Shown: positions 19,166-32,854, counted from the stretch's first letter. The stretch is DNA of 64,000 nt from an uncultured Spirochaetota bacterium (GCA_963734495.1 CAVTHK010000003.1:352001-416000); one strand, 5' to 3'. Translations and numbers: made by a program. Notes: generated from the sequence alone by a model not told the origin.

Positions 19166-20392
19166 ATGACAGCCTATCGGGACCGCGCGCTGGCGGATCG
19201 TGTCGCCGAAGCTCTCGCCGATATGCCGGTCGTCATCGTGACCGGGATGCGGCAGACCGGCAAGAGCACTCTGCTGCAGCGCGACCCGAGGCTTGCGGGG
19301 CGTGAGTACGTCAGTCTCGATGACTTCGCGCAACTCGAAGCCGCCCGCCGCGATCCCGCGGCGTTTCTCGACCGCGAAGATCCTCTCTCGGTGGACGAGG
19401 CGCAGCGCTCCCCCGAGCTGCTCACGGAGATCAAGCGCGCCGTCGATCGCGACCGCAGGCCCGGCCGATTCCTGCTGTCGGGCTCGGCGAACTTCGCGCT
19501 GTTGAGCCGGGTCGTCGAGAGCCTCGCCGGGCGCGCCATCTATCTCGATCTTCACCCGTTCACGCGGAGGGAGATTCGGGGCGATCTGCGTCATGCGCCG
19601 GCAGTCCGCCGTATTCTCGAGGACGGCAGGCCGCCTCGGAACGGCCGGGTAGCCGATGTCGGCTGGGACGAGGTCGTCCGCGGCGGGCTTCCGCCTGTGG
19701 CTCTGGGAGCTGTGGCGAAGCCGACCGTCTGGTTCACCGGGTACGAGCAGACGTACCTGGAGCGGGACATTCGCGATCTCAGCAAGCTGGTGGACCTCGT
19801 TTCGTTTCGCAACTTCTTGAGGTTTGTTGCGCTCCGAACAGCGCAGGTGCTCAAGATCAGCGAGCTGGCCCGGGATGCCAGGCTCTCTGCTGCCACCGCG
19901 GGCCGATACCTGAGCCTTCTCGAGGCGTCGTTCGTTGTGAGCCGGGTTCCGCCTTTCCTCGGAAACGAAGCCGCGCGGCTCATCAAGTCGCCCAAGCTTT
20001 TCGTCTGCGATGCCGGGCTGGCCGCCCACCTTGCGGGAACGAGGGCGGGAGGCCCTGACCCCTCGGATCCTCTGCGCGGCGCCCTCCTCGAGACGTATGT
20101 CGCGCAGAACCTTACGGGGATCCTCGCGGCCGAGTGGCCGGACGCGCGGCTCGCTTATTGGCACGTCCAAGGCCGTTATGAGGTCGATTTCGTCGTGGAA
20201 TCGGGACGAGACTGCATCGCCGTGGAGGTCAAGGCGGGCTCGCGCTGGATTGATCGCGACCTGTCCGGGCTGCGCGCCTTTATCGAGCGCACGCCGCGCT
20301 GCCGCGTTGCGCTGCTTGCCTACACGGGCGACACCGTCGTTTCTCTCGGCGGCCGCGTGTGGGCGATCCCGATCCCCACGCTGCTCAGTTGA
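19166..20392 (+). CDS. AAA_14 ATPase + DUF4143 domain protein
   Basis: GMRQTGKST, VDEAQRSP, LSGSA, GRAIYLDL.PF, YLERDIRD, KSPKLF..DAGL, YEVDFVVE...VEVK (PD-(D/E)xK-like). Confidence 0.9.
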   Translation: MTAYRDRALADRVAEALADMPVVIVTGMRQTGKSTLLQRDPRLAGREYVSLDDFAQLEAARRDPAAFLDREDPLSVDEAQRSPELLTEIKRAVDRDRRPGRFLLSGSANFALLSRVVESLAGRAIYLDLHPFTRREIRGDLRHAPAVRRILEDGRPPRNGRVADVGWDEVVRGGLPPVALGAVAKPTVWFTGYEQTYLERDIRDLSKLVDLVSFRNFLRFVALRTAQVLKISELARDARLSAATAGRYLSLLEASFVVSRVPPFLGNEAARLIKSPKLFVCDAGLAAHLAGTRAGGPDPSDPLRGALLETYVAQNLTGILAAEWPDARLAYWHVQGRYEVDFVVESGRDCIAVEVKAGSRWIDRDLSGLRAFIERTPRCRVALLAYTGDTVVSLGGRVWAIPIPTLLS

Positions 20393-20428
20393 GCCAGCCC
20401 GCGGCTCCAAGCCGCGGAAGGAGCCGAC

Positions 20429-20854
20429 ATGATTCGGATCGAAGAGCGCCTGCCGACCGCGGAGGAGTACAATGCGTTGCGCGCGGATGCCGGGTGGGGG
20501 ACCTACGACCGCGAGGTGGCGCGACGCTGGCTGCCCGCTTCGCTCTACGGCGTGTGCGCCGTGGATGATGAGAGCGCGACCGTCGGGATGGCGCGGGTGA
20601 TCGGCGACGGCGGGCTCGCCTTCTACATCCAGGACGTCGTGGTCGCCGCCGCCTTCCGCAGGCGGGGGATCGGGAAGCGTCTCATGGAGCGGGTGATGGC
20701 TTTTATCGCCGGCCGCGCCTCGGCCGGCACCGTCGTCGGCCTGATGTCGGCGGCGGGCAAGGAGGCGTTCTACGAGCCGTTCGGCTTCGTACGGCGGCCG
20801 ACCGACCGGTTCGGCTGCGGCATGACGCTGTTCTGGCCGCCCCGGGGGCTATGA
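20429..20854 (+). CDS. GNAT acetyltransferase
   Basis: GMARVIGDG, YIQDVVV, FRRRGIG acetyl-CoA motif, FYEPFGF. Confidence 0.9.
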   Translation: MIRIEERLPTAEEYNALRADAGWGTYDREVARRWLPASLYGVCAVDDESATVGMARVIGDGGLAFYIQDVVVAAAFRRRGIGKRLMERVMAFIAGRASAGTVVGLMSAAGKEAFYEPFGFVRRPTDRFGCGMTLFWPPRGL

Positions 20855-21028
20855 ACGCTTCCGGCTGTTGCGCGCAGCCGGGGCCGCCGGGCCGGCAAGC
20901 CCTTGACGTAAATCCAGCACTGCTTTGCGGAGGGCGACGGACCGGCGCAGCTTCTCAGCCCAGGGCAGAGCGGCCCGGCTCTTCTGCCACTCCGCCTGGC
21001 GGCGAAGGATGTCCTTGACCTCATCCAA
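20849..21028 (-). CDS. Small 59-aa basic helical protein, not in the ORF track (candidate antitoxin/partner)
   Basis: TTG-start MDEVKDILRRQAEWQKSRAALPWAEKLRRSVALRKAVLDL...; overlaps the upstream stop by 8 nt; GAGG upstream. Confidence 0.6.
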   Translation of the reverse strand: MDEVKDILRRQAEWQKSRAALPWAEKLRRSVALRKAVLDLRQGLAGPAAPAARNSRKRS

Positions 21029-21530
21029 TCAGGAACCTCCTCACGAACTCGCTCCAAGCCTGCTCGAAGCTGTGGCGCCTGGCCAACGCCTCGATCTCTT
21101 GCGACTTGACCCTGCCGGACTCGAGCAACGCGAGCACCCGCGTCAAGTCTTTTGGCCTTCCGGCCTGGACGGCGATGGCAGCCAGGTAGTCGGCGCGAAC
21201 GACCCGAAGCGGGTATCCTTCGATCTCGTCGGTCTCGGCCTCCCGCACCGCCCACTCCGTCAGAGAGTTGAAGGCAGGAATGAACTGGACCGGCCAGTCA
21301 CCAACGCGAACGGATTCGCCCTCGGGGAGGTAACCCCGAGAGGCGCAGAAGCTGTAGACTGGACCGAGGACGTCCACAGTCTCCGCTGGAGGCAGCGCGA
21401 TCAGGACGTCGGCATCGAGAGTGACGACGGCCTCCGTGTAGCGCATCTGAGCCACAGCGCCGAAGAGGGCATAGTCCCGCACTACCCCGGCGGCGAGCAT
21501 CTCGCCCAGCAGCCGCGCGACTTCCTTCAT
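21021..21530 (-). CDS. Nucleotidyltransferase-fold protein (DUF6036/AbiEii-like)
   Basis: YALFGAVA...T.DADV, LRVVRADYLAAIAVQAGRPKDLTR. Confidence 0.7.
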   Translation of the reverse strand: MKEVARLLGEMLAAGVVRDYALFGAVAQMRYTEAVVTLDADVLIALPPAETVDVLGPVYSFCASRGYLPEGESVRVGDWPVQFIPAFNSLTEWAVREAETDEIEGYPLRVVRADYLAAIAVQAGRPKDLTRVLALLESGRVKSQEIEALARRHSFEQAWSEFVRRFLIG

Positions 21531-21583
21531 GCTGCATAGACCATACGACCGCGAGCGACACGGGTGCAAGCACCCCGTAGACT

Positions 21584-23119
21584 CTACACGAACCGATTGC
21601 GGATCTCGGCGCTCACGTAGTCGAGCGTGGCGACGGTGATGGCGATGAACCACACCGCGATGCCCGCCGAGCGGTAGTCGAGGAGCCGGATGAACTGCAC
21701 GAGCAGGAAGCCGACGCCGCCGCCGCCGACGAGGCCGATGACCGTCGACATGCGCACGTTGATGTCCCAGCGGTAGATCGAGAACGAGACGAACGGCGGG
21801 ATCATCTGCGGAACGACCGCGTAGGCGATGGTCTGCAGCCGCGTGGCGCCCGTGGCCTGGATCGCCTCGATCGGACCTGCATCGATGCTCTCGATGGCCT
21901 CCGAGTACAGCTTGGCGAGCGACGCGACGGAGTGCACGGTGAGCGCGATGATGCCCGCAAAGGGCCCGAGGCCCACCCACACCACGGCGATGAGCGCCCA
22001 GATGAGCGGCTCGATCGAGCGGACGATGTTGAGCACCGTGCGCGTGATGTAGTAGACGGCGAGCGTCACCGGCGAGTGCGCCATGAGGTTCCGCGACGCG
22101 AGGAAGCTCACGGGGATGGAGAGGATGATCCCGAACAGCGTCGCCATCATCCCCATGAAGATCGTCTCGACCATGCGCGAGACGACGACCGTGAGCGATT
22201 CGCTCGGTTTGATGGCGCCCGCGGCGCCCGCCTGCCTCGCCTCGATGTAGTGCAGCCTCCGCGTCCCCTCGGTGTTCGGGGGAAGGATGCTGTACGGCAT
22301 GTTGATCCTGATCTCGAAGGCGCCCGCGGCGTCGGTGCGGGTCACCACGTAGTCGCCGCCCTTCCTGATGCGGAACGCGTTGTCCAGCGGGTCGATCCAC
22401 CAGATCTCGGTGTCGGTGCCCGGCTTGAAGCCGCGGCCGCGCACGGTGAGCGGCGTGCCGGGCACGGCGTTGTTGTTGGCGTCGAAGCGGGAGAGCTCGC
22501 CGCACGTCGGGTCCGAGACGACGTACGGCTTGCCCGCGACTTCCTGCGGCGGCTCCGGCGGCTTGCCCTGGTCGCAGGGCGAGAGGATCGGCGCGCGGGC
22601 GGTGAGCATCTCCCTCTGCCGGTCGATCGCCGCCTCCCACGGCCACAGGACCTTGGCGAGCGGCGGCCACGCCTGCGGGAAATTGGTGGCGAGCTGGACC
22701 GGATCGATCCGGCTGATCTGCCACCCCAGGACGAAGAACGTCGCGAGGATCAGGGCGAAGATGGCGACGTGACCGCGGTCTTCGGGCGCGCCCGCCGGTC
22801 GCGGGCGCGCCTTGCGCGCGGCGTCCCACGCGATCCCGAGCCACAACGCCACGGTCGCGGCCAACACAAGGATGACGAAGAAGGGCCTGCGGCCGAGCGC
22901 GTGGCCCCAGGCGGAGAGGAGGCCTGTGTGCTGCGGGGCGAGGTCACGGAAGCGCCAGTCCGCCATGACGACGATGGTGGCGAGCGAGCCGAACATCAGG
23001 AGGCCGCGGCGCACGTAGCCGCACAGCGCCTGCCCGAGGCCCGGGAGCAGGAGCGACAGCAGGCCCGCGAGCGCGGGCGGGAGCCGCAGCCCCGCGCGTC
23101 GGGTCGCCGCGGCTTTCAC
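21584..23119 (-). CDS. phnE: Phosphonate/phosphite ABC permease PhnE with extended N-terminus and inserted soluble domain
   Basis: RSIEPLIWA, GLGPFAG, KLYSEAIE, EAIQATGA, YRWDINVR.STVIG.VGGGG.G. Confidence 0.88.
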   Translation of the reverse strand: MKAAATRRAGLRLPPALAGLLSLLLPGLGQALCGYVRRGLLMFGSLATIVVMADWRFRDLAPQHTGLLSAWGHALGRRPFFVILVLAATVALWLGIAWDAARKARPRPAGAPEDRGHVAIFALILATFFVLGWQISRIDPVQLATNFPQAWPPLAKVLWPWEAAIDRQREMLTARAPILSPCDQGKPPEPPQEVAGKPYVVSDPTCGELSRFDANNNAVPGTPLTVRGRGFKPGTDTEIWWIDPLDNAFRIRKGGDYVVTRTDAAGAFEIRINMPYSILPPNTEGTRRLHYIEARQAGAAGAIKPSESLTVVVSRMVETIFMGMMATLFGIILSIPVSFLASRNLMAHSPVTLAVYYITRTVLNIVRSIEPLIWALIAVVWVGLGPFAGIIALTVHSVASLAKLYSEAIESIDAGPIEAIQATGATRLQTIAYAVVPQMIPPFVSFSIYRWDINVRMSTVIGLVGGGGVGFLLVQFIRLLDYRSAGIAVWFIAITVATLDYVSAEIRNRFV

Positions 23120-23922
23120 AGCGGCTCTCCCGGTCGCGCCGACGCCTGCCGGGGCGGACCGACGTTCACGCGCTGGGCATCTTCACCGTAGATTTCCTTG
23201 AACTGCCCGTCGGTCATGCGCCGGATGTCCTCGCTCGATCCGCGGTAGACGATCCGGCCTTCGCGCAGCCCGATGACGCTCGTGGCGTAGCGTTGCACGA
23301 GGTCGAGGTAGTGCAGGCTGCAGAGCACGGTGATGCCGCTGTCGCGGTTGAGCTTTTCGAGGTAGCCGAGGATCGAGTGCGCGAGCACGGGGTCCAGGCT
23401 CGCGACGGGCTCGTCCGCGAGCACCATCTTCGGCTCCTGCATCAGCGCCCGTGCGATGCCGACGCGCTGCTGCTGGCCGCCGGAGAGCTCGTCCGCGCGC
23501 TTGCCCGCCTGCTCGGAGAGGCCCACCTGCTCCAGCGCACCGAGCGCGCGCCTGCGCTCCTCGGCGGGCCAGCGGTAGAAGACCGTGGGCCCCGGCTTCG
23601 CGTAGCCGAGCCTTCCCGCGAGCACGTTGGTGATCACCGAGGAGCGCTTGACCAGGTTGAACTGCTGGAAGATCATGCCGATCTTCCGGCGGATCTCGCG
23701 GAGCTCGACCTGCTCCGCGGCCGTGACATCGGCGCCGTCCCACACGATGCGGCCTTCGGTCGGGTCGATCAGGCGGTTGATGCAGCGCAGCAGCGTCGAC
23801 TTGCCGGAGCCGGACAGGCCGATGATCACGAGGAACTCGCCGTCGGGCACGTCGAAGCTGACGTCCCGCAGGGCGACGGTCCCGTCGTCGTAGACCTTGG
23901 TCAGGTTCTTGACGGAAAGCAA
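23116..23922 (-). CDS. phnC: Phosphonate ABC ATP-binding protein
   Basis: GLSGSGKST, FQQFNLV, LSGGQQQRV, ADEPVASLDP. Confidence 0.92.
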   Translation of the reverse strand: MLSVKNLTKVYDDGTVALRDVSFDVPDGEFLVIIGLSGSGKSTLLRCINRLIDPTEGRIVWDGADVTAAEQVELREIRRKIGMIFQQFNLVKRSSVITNVLAGRLGYAKPGPTVFYRWPAEERRRALGALEQVGLSEQAGKRADELSGGQQQRVGIARALMQEPKMVLADEPVASLDPVLAHSILGYLEKLNRDSGITVLCSLHYLDLVQRYATSVIGLREGRIVYRGSSEDIRRMTDGQFKEIYGEDAQRVNVGPPRQASARPGEPL

Positions 23923-23942
23923 GGCTGCGCGCTCCTGATGAG

Positions 23943-23972
23943 AAAGGGGGAGCCGGGCGGCTCCCCTTCCTT
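23943..23972 (-). terminator. Intergenic hairpin between phnD and phnC
   Basis: GGGGAGCC-gggc-GGCTCCCC stem directly after the phnD stop. Confidence 0.5.
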
Positions 23973-23976
23973 CACC

Positions 23977-24885
23977 TTACTTCTTCTTGATGAGCTCCAT
24001 CGGATCGAAGCCCGCCGCCTGGAGCACCTGGCGGAAGGGGTCGTAGAAGCTGTCGTCCTTGACCACGAGGTCGGTCCACTGGTAGGCGGTGTTGATCGCC
24101 TTCTTGCCCTCGTCGGTCTTGATGATCTCGAGGAGGGCGTTGACGATCTTGTCGCGAGTCGCCTGCGGGACCGACGGGTGGAACTGGAGGCCGTCGTTCG
24201 GGATGTTGGCGGAGACCTGGACGACCTTGACCTTCTCCATCACGTCGGGCTTGTCCTTCTGCAGGCGCGTGCGCGCGTCGGCGTAGCAGGCGCCCGCGTC
24301 GACGGTGCCGTTGTAGACGGCCGCGACGACCGCGTCATGGCTCCCGGCATCGACGAGCTCCTTGAAGTCCTTGTCGGGGTTGATGCCTGCGCCCTTCATG
24401 GTGAGCATGGGGATGATCCAGCCGCTGGTCGAAAGCGGGTCAGGCCGCGCGAAGGTCTTGCCCTTGAGGTCGGCGAGGCTGTTGATGTTCCTGTCCGCCC
24501 TCGCGATGACCTCGCCCTGGTAGAACGGCGTGCCCGCGCGCACGGACACGAGCGCCGCCTGCGCGACCTTGCGGTCCGCCGCGATGATGTAGGCCGCGGT
24601 CGCGAGCGATGCCATCTGCGCCTTGGGCGGGTTGGCCGCCATCGCCTCGATCACTCCCACGTACTCGGTGGCTACGGTGGTCTGGATGTAGAGCCCGGTC
24701 TTCTCGCGCAGCAGCTTGGCCACGGCCTCGGCGCCGGCGGACACGCGCTGCATCTCGCCCGAGGGGACGAACGCCCAGATGATCGGGTTCTCCTCGGTGC
24801 CCAGCTCCTTCTTGCCCTCGGCAAACATAGCGGTTGCGCCCGCGACGAGCAGCGCGACCGCGACCACGAGAACGCGTTTTGCCAT
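23977..24885 (-). CDS. phnD: Phosphate/phosphite/phosphonate ABC substrate-binding protein
   Basis: FVPS, DLKGKTFA..DPLSTSG...P, GSHDAVV.AVYNG.VDAG, IPND; GGAGG RBS. Confidence 0.9.
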   Translation of the reverse strand: MAKRVLVVAVALLVAGATAMFAEGKKELGTEENPIIWAFVPSGEMQRVSAGAEAVAKLLREKTGLYIQTTVATEYVGVIEAMAANPPKAQMASLATAAYIIAADRKVAQAALVSVRAGTPFYQGEVIARADRNINSLADLKGKTFARPDPLSTSGWIIPMLTMKGAGINPDKDFKELVDAGSHDAVVAAVYNGTVDAGACYADARTRLQKDKPDVMEKVKVVQVSANIPNDGLQFHPSVPQATRDKIVNALLEIIKTDEGKKAINTAYQWTDLVVKDDSFYDPFRQVLQAAGFDPMELIKKK

Positions 24886-25090
24886 CTGTTCACCTCCCTG
24901 ATAGGTTGCGGGCTACGTTAGACCAGCACGACGGAGGCGTCAAGGACAGGGATGTCCTTGCCCGGCACAGCCATGGATGGCGTACTCGACAGCGCGGGGC
25001 TGGGACACGGCGGCCCTGGTCCGGCGTGCGGCCCTCGCGCCCCTTGCCGACCGGCCCGCGCCCCGGCTAATGTGCCGTCGGAGCAGCCTG

Positions 25091-25924
25091 ATGGCTCGAG
25101 GCCGCGTCCGCCTGATCCACTGGAACCCCGGGGCAGAGGAGCTCGCGCGTCCGTTGCGGGAGGCGGGCTTCGACCTCGACACGGGCCTGGTGACGCCCGA
25201 GGCGCTGCGCGCGCTGAACCGGGAGCCGCCCGCGGCGCTCGTCGTGGACCTGACGCGGCTTCCGAGCCAGGGGCGCGACGTCGCGGTGATCCTGCGGCGG
25301 CAGAAGGGGACGCGGGGCGTCCCGATGGTGTTCCTCGGCGGCGCGGCGGAAAAGGTCGAGGCGATCCGGAAGCTTCTCCCGGACGCGCGGTTCGGCGCGT
25401 GGGACGCCGCGGCGCGGGTCGTCGCCGTGGCCTTGGCCGCCGGCGGGCCGTCACAGCCCGTGGTGCCCGCGCCGATGGCCGGCTACTCAGGCACGCCCCT
25501 CGCGAAGAAGCTCGGCATCAAAGAGGGCGCGAGGGTCCGCCTCGCGGGCGCGCCCGCCGGCTTCGAGGAGCTGGTCGGCGGCCTGCCGCGGGGCGCGCGT
25601 CTGCTGCGGCGGGGGGCGGCCTCTCTCACGCTGCTCTTTGTCCGGTCCGCGCGCGGGCTCGAGACAGGGCTCGCGCGAACGCTTCCCGCGGCGGGCGAAG
25701 GGCTGTGGATCCTGTGGCCGAAGAAGGGCTCGGCTCGCGCCTCGGACGTTTCGGAGCGCGAGGTGCGGGCCGCGGGGCTCGCGGCCGGGCTGGTGGATTT
25801 CAAGGTGTGCGCCGTCGACGAGACCTGGTCGGGCCTCCGCTTCGCGCGGGCCCGTGCAGGCTCTGAGGGCGGGAAGGGCCCGCGCAACCGCGGGCCGCGC
25901 GCGACGAAAGGAGCGACGGGATGA
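25091..25924 (+). CDS. DUF3052-like domain protein with degenerate receiver-like N-terminus
   Basis: [43 protein letters not shown]-part PPAALVVDL...VPMVFLGG. Confidence 0.7.
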   Translation: MARGRVRLIHWNPGAEELARPLREAGFDLDTGLVTPEALRALNREPPAALVVDLTRLPSQGRDVAVILRRQKGTRGVPMVFLGGAAEKVEAIRKLLPDARFGAWDAAARVVAVALAAGGPSQPVVPAPMAGYSGTPLAKKLGIKEGARVRLAGAPAGFEELVGGLPRGARLLRRGAASLTLLFVRSARGLETGLARTLPAAGEGLWILWPKKGSARASDVSEREVRAAGLAAGLVDFKVCAVDETWSGLRFARARAGSEGGKGPRNRGPRATKGATG

Positions 25925-26754
25925 GCGACGAGAAGTTTCTGGCAGGCCGGGTGGCCTGGGTGACGGGGTCGTCGCGCGGCATCGGACGGGTGATCGCCGC
26001 GCACCTGGCGAGCCTGGGCGCGAGCGTGGCGGTCCACGGTACCAGCCGGACGTCCTCCCGGGCGTTCGGCGAGGCCGATTCGATCGAGGCCGTGGCCGCG
26101 GCCGTCGCAAAGGAGTCCGGCGCGCGCGTGGTCGCGGTCACGGGCGATCTCGCCGACCCGGCGGCCGTGACCCGTGCCGCGGCCGAGGTGGAGCGGGCGC
26201 TCGGCCCGATCGACGTCCTGGTCAACTGCGCGGGCGGCGACATCGGCTCCCAGGGAACGCAGGGCCGCAACGCGGGCAAGCCGGAGGGCAACAACGCGAT
26301 CGACATATCGCTCGAGGACCTCCACGCGGTCCTGAACCGCAACCTGATGACCTGCATCCTGTGCTGCCGCGAGGCCGGGGCGCGGATGCGGGAGCGCAAG
26401 CGCGGCTCGATCGTCAACATCGGCAGCATCGCGGGCCTCGTCGGCCGCGACGGGTCGGCGATCTACTGCACGGCCAAGGCGGCCGTGCACGAATACACCC
26501 GCTGCCTGGCGGCGCTGCTGCGCCCCTCGAACGTGCGGGCCAACGTCATCGCCCCCGGCGACACGGTGACCCCGCGCTTCGTCGCCAGCCGGCCGGTCGA
26601 CCAGGCGATGATGGTGGAAGAAGGGACGCTCGTCCGCTACGGCCGCCCGATCGAGGTCGCGCGCGCGGTGGCGTACCTCGCTTCCGACGCCGCGTCGTTC
26701 ATCACGGGGCAGGTGCTGCGCGTCGACGGCGGCCTTCAGCTCTGGACGGCCTGA
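25921..26754 (+). CDS. SDR-family NAD(P)-dependent oxidoreductase
   Basis: [18 protein letters not shown] catalytic motif, GQVLRVDGG. Confidence 0.93.
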   Translation: MSDEKFLAGRVAWVTGSSRGIGRVIAAHLASLGASVAVHGTSRTSSRAFGEADSIEAVAAAVAKESGARVVAVTGDLADPAAVTRAAAEVERALGPIDVLVNCAGGDIGSQGTQGRNAGKPEGNNAIDISLEDLHAVLNRNLMTCILCCREAGARMRERKRGSIVNIGSIAGLVGRDGSAIYCTAKAAVHEYTRCLAALLRPSNVRANVIAPGDTVTPRFVASRPVDQAMMVEEGTLVRYGRPIEVARAVAYLASDAASFITGQVLRVDGGLQLWTA

Positions 26755-26829
26755 TCCGCGTCGGCGCCCGTCGCCGCGCCGCCGCCGCGCCGCGTGGACA
26801 GCGGCCGGAAATCATGGCAGATTGTCGGC

Positions 26830-27636
26830 ATGCAGGCAGCCACGCGCACGGGGCTCGCGGTCTGGGAACCCATCTCCGTCGGGCAGCGGCAGTGCATACA
26901 GTGGCGCTTCCCGCACAGGAACATCTACGTCGAGCGGCTCGACAACGAGTGGCACGTCCTGTCGCTCCCGGCGAGCGAGCCGGAGATCCTCGAGTCCTGC
27001 GCCCTGATCGACCGGAGCGACAAGCCCGCGTCGGACGCCTGGCGCCACTTCCTGCTGCTGAACGCCGACCGTCTCCAGCCCCTGCCGGTCCTGCCCGACC
27101 GCCCGCTCGTGGTGCGGCCGGACCGCCCGCTCACGATCCTCGCCTGGCAGAGCGCGCTGTTCTACCTGGAGATCCCGCTCTGGTTCCGGCTGAACGCGGC
27201 GGGTGAGAGCCCGGCCAGGATTTTCGAGGAGGCCCTCACGGTGCTCACGCCGACCTGGTTCGGCGACCCGGTGACGGGCGAGCTCTGCTACACGCTCGCC
27301 ACGCGCCTCCACCAGAGCCTCGATTCGGTCAGCCCGAGCGCCCACAGGGCCGTCTGCCCGGTGTCGATCTCGAATGACTCCGATACGGACCTTCCCTTCG
27401 CGAAGATCTGCCTTCACATCGAGAACCTGAGCGTCTTTATCGCCGTCAGTCAGCTGTGGACGAACCGGCTGAACGTCGTGTTCCGCGGCCCGGAGCAGGC
27501 CACGCAGATCAACATCGCCCACGGTCCGCCGGACGCCGGAGGCGACATACGCCTCGCGAGCAGCGCGCGCCAGCCCACCGAAGGCTGGAGCTTCCGGCGG
27601 ACCTTCGGCATCTTCAAGGACATCGCCGGGTTCTAG
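26830..27636 (+). CDS. DUF432-like hypothetical protein
   Basis: PVLPDRPLVVRP, LTPTWFGDP..GELCY; located upstream of mscS. Confidence 0.65.
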   Translation: MQAATRTGLAVWEPISVGQRQCIQWRFPHRNIYVERLDNEWHVLSLPASEPEILESCALIDRSDKPASDAWRHFLLLNADRLQPLPVLPDRPLVVRPDRPLTILAWQSALFYLEIPLWFRLNAAGESPARIFEEALTVLTPTWFGDPVTGELCYTLATRLHQSLDSVSPSAHRAVCPVSISNDSDTDLPFAKICLHIENLSVFIAVSQLWTNRLNVVFRGPEQATQINIAHGPPDAGGDIRLASSARQPTEGWSFRRTFGIFKDIAGF

Positions 27637-27712
27637 TCCGGGCGCGCGGTCCGGCCCGAGCGGTGCGAACGAGGGCCCGTCGGGAGCCCGACGGGCTCAC
27701 AGGGAGACTCGC

Positions 27713-28567
27713 ATGGTGCCCCAGCAGATCATCGAATGGTTCCGGTCGCTCTCGCCCGACGTGGTCTCGCGTTTCCTGCGCGTCTCCGTGACGGCGGTCA
27801 TAGGGCTGTTCGCGGTGCGGCTGGTGGCCGCCTTCGTCCGGCGCATGTTCACGAAGAAGTCCAGCCCGCAGCGCCAGATGATCGTGCGCAAGGTCGTCAA
27901 CTACACCGGCTTCGTGCTCATCACGATGACCGTGCTCAGCGAGCTGGGAGTGCAGATCAGCGCGCTGCTGGGCGCGGCCGGGATCGTCGGGATCGCGATC
28001 GGCTTCGCGTCGCAGACGAGCATGTCCAACATCGTGAGCGGCCTCTTCCTGATCTGGGAGAAACCCTTCGCGCTCGGCGACGTGATCCGGATCGGGAGCA
28101 CGACCGGCATCATCCAGTCGATCGACCTGCTCTCGATCAAGATCCGCACCTTCGACAACCTCTTTGTCCGCATCCCCAACGAGAAGATCCTCAGCTCGGA
28201 GGTGACCAACATCACGCGCTTCCCGATCAGGCGCATGGACATCACGCTCCAGGTCGGGTACAGCGAGGACCTGGGCCGCGTCCACGACGTGCTCAAGGCC
28301 ATCGCGCGCGAGAGCCCCTACAGCCTCGACGAGCCCGAGGCGATCGTGATGTTCACCGAGTTCAAGGACTCCGGCATCGAGGTCCTGTTCGCGCTCTGGT
28401 TCGCAAAGGCCGACTTTCTCAACCTCAAGAACTCGATCATGAAGGACATCACCTCGCGTTTCCGCGCCGAGGGCATCGAGATGCCGTTCCCGCACCGGGT
28501 GATCGTGCAGCCGCCGGGCTCCGTCGTCCCGCAGGCGGGCGCGCCCGGCGCGGCGCGGGTCCCCTGA
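27713..28567 (+). CDS. mscS: Small-conductance mechanosensitive channel
   Basis: LLGAAGIVGIAIGFASQ, NIVSGLFL, PFALGDVI, VRIPN, GIEMPFP. Confidence 0.92.
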   Translation: MVPQQIIEWFRSLSPDVVSRFLRVSVTAVIGLFAVRLVAAFVRRMFTKKSSPQRQMIVRKVVNYTGFVLITMTVLSELGVQISALLGAAGIVGIAIGFASQTSMSNIVSGLFLIWEKPFALGDVIRIGSTTGIIQSIDLLSIKIRTFDNLFVRIPNEKILSSEVTNITRFPIRRMDITLQVGYSEDLGRVHDVLKAIARESPYSLDEPEAIVMFTEFKDSGIEVLFALWFAKADFLNLKNSIMKDITSRFRAEGIEMPFPHRVIVQPPGSVVPQAGAPGAARVP

Positions 28568-28584
28568 CCAGGGGCCGGCGGGCT

Positions 28585-28934
28585 CTAGAACGTCCCGTAG
28601 ATCTCCTCGAGCGTGCCCCCGCGCGCCGCGATCTCCTCGAGACGGCCCGCGGCCACGGTCTCGGGCCCGCGGTCGCCGCCGCGGAAGACGCGGGTGACGA
28701 CGCGGCCGCGCTCCTCGCGCGACCACGCGAGCTCCAGCGCGGGGTGAGCGCGCGAGAGATCGGCGGCGAGGCCGCCGAGGTCCGGATCGTCGCCGAAGGC
28801 CAGGCGGAGCTCGGGCCCGGCGCCCTCGCAGCGCCAGGCCCGCATGTCGCGGCTGCGGAAGTAGCGGATCTCCGACCGCACGAAGCGGTCGATCGCGTCG
28901 TGGTCCGCGAAGCCCGATACGACGAGGATGTCGG

Positions 28935-28938
<4 letters not shown>
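28585..28938 (-). CDS. Hypothetical 117-aa protein translationally coupled to metH
   Basis: TTG start overlapping the metH TGA (TTGA); [27 protein letters not shown]...; host-like codon usage. Confidence 0.55.
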
Positions 28939-32706
<3,768 letters not shown>

Positions 32707-32775
32707 TTCAGTCGGAATGTACTACGAAACCCCGCGGCGAAACCACGCGCGCGCGGGCCGGCCCGCGCCGGCGGA

Positions 32776-32802
32776 TGTCGATCCCGCGTGTCTCCGATCG
32801 TC
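32776..32802 (+). promoter_or_regulatory. ECF42-type promoter
   Basis: TGTCGA-N17-CGTC upstream of the DGPF gene, matching the reported ECF42 consensus. Confidence 0.7.
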
Positions 32803-32854
32803 GTATATTCGAGCGCGAGAGAGCGCTCCGAGATCGAGGCCACGGAGGTGTCTC

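Noticed and set aside
32707-32775. SAM or cobalamin riboswitch upstream of metH
   Set aside because: Region is short, shared with the ECF42 promoter, and shows no consensus elements
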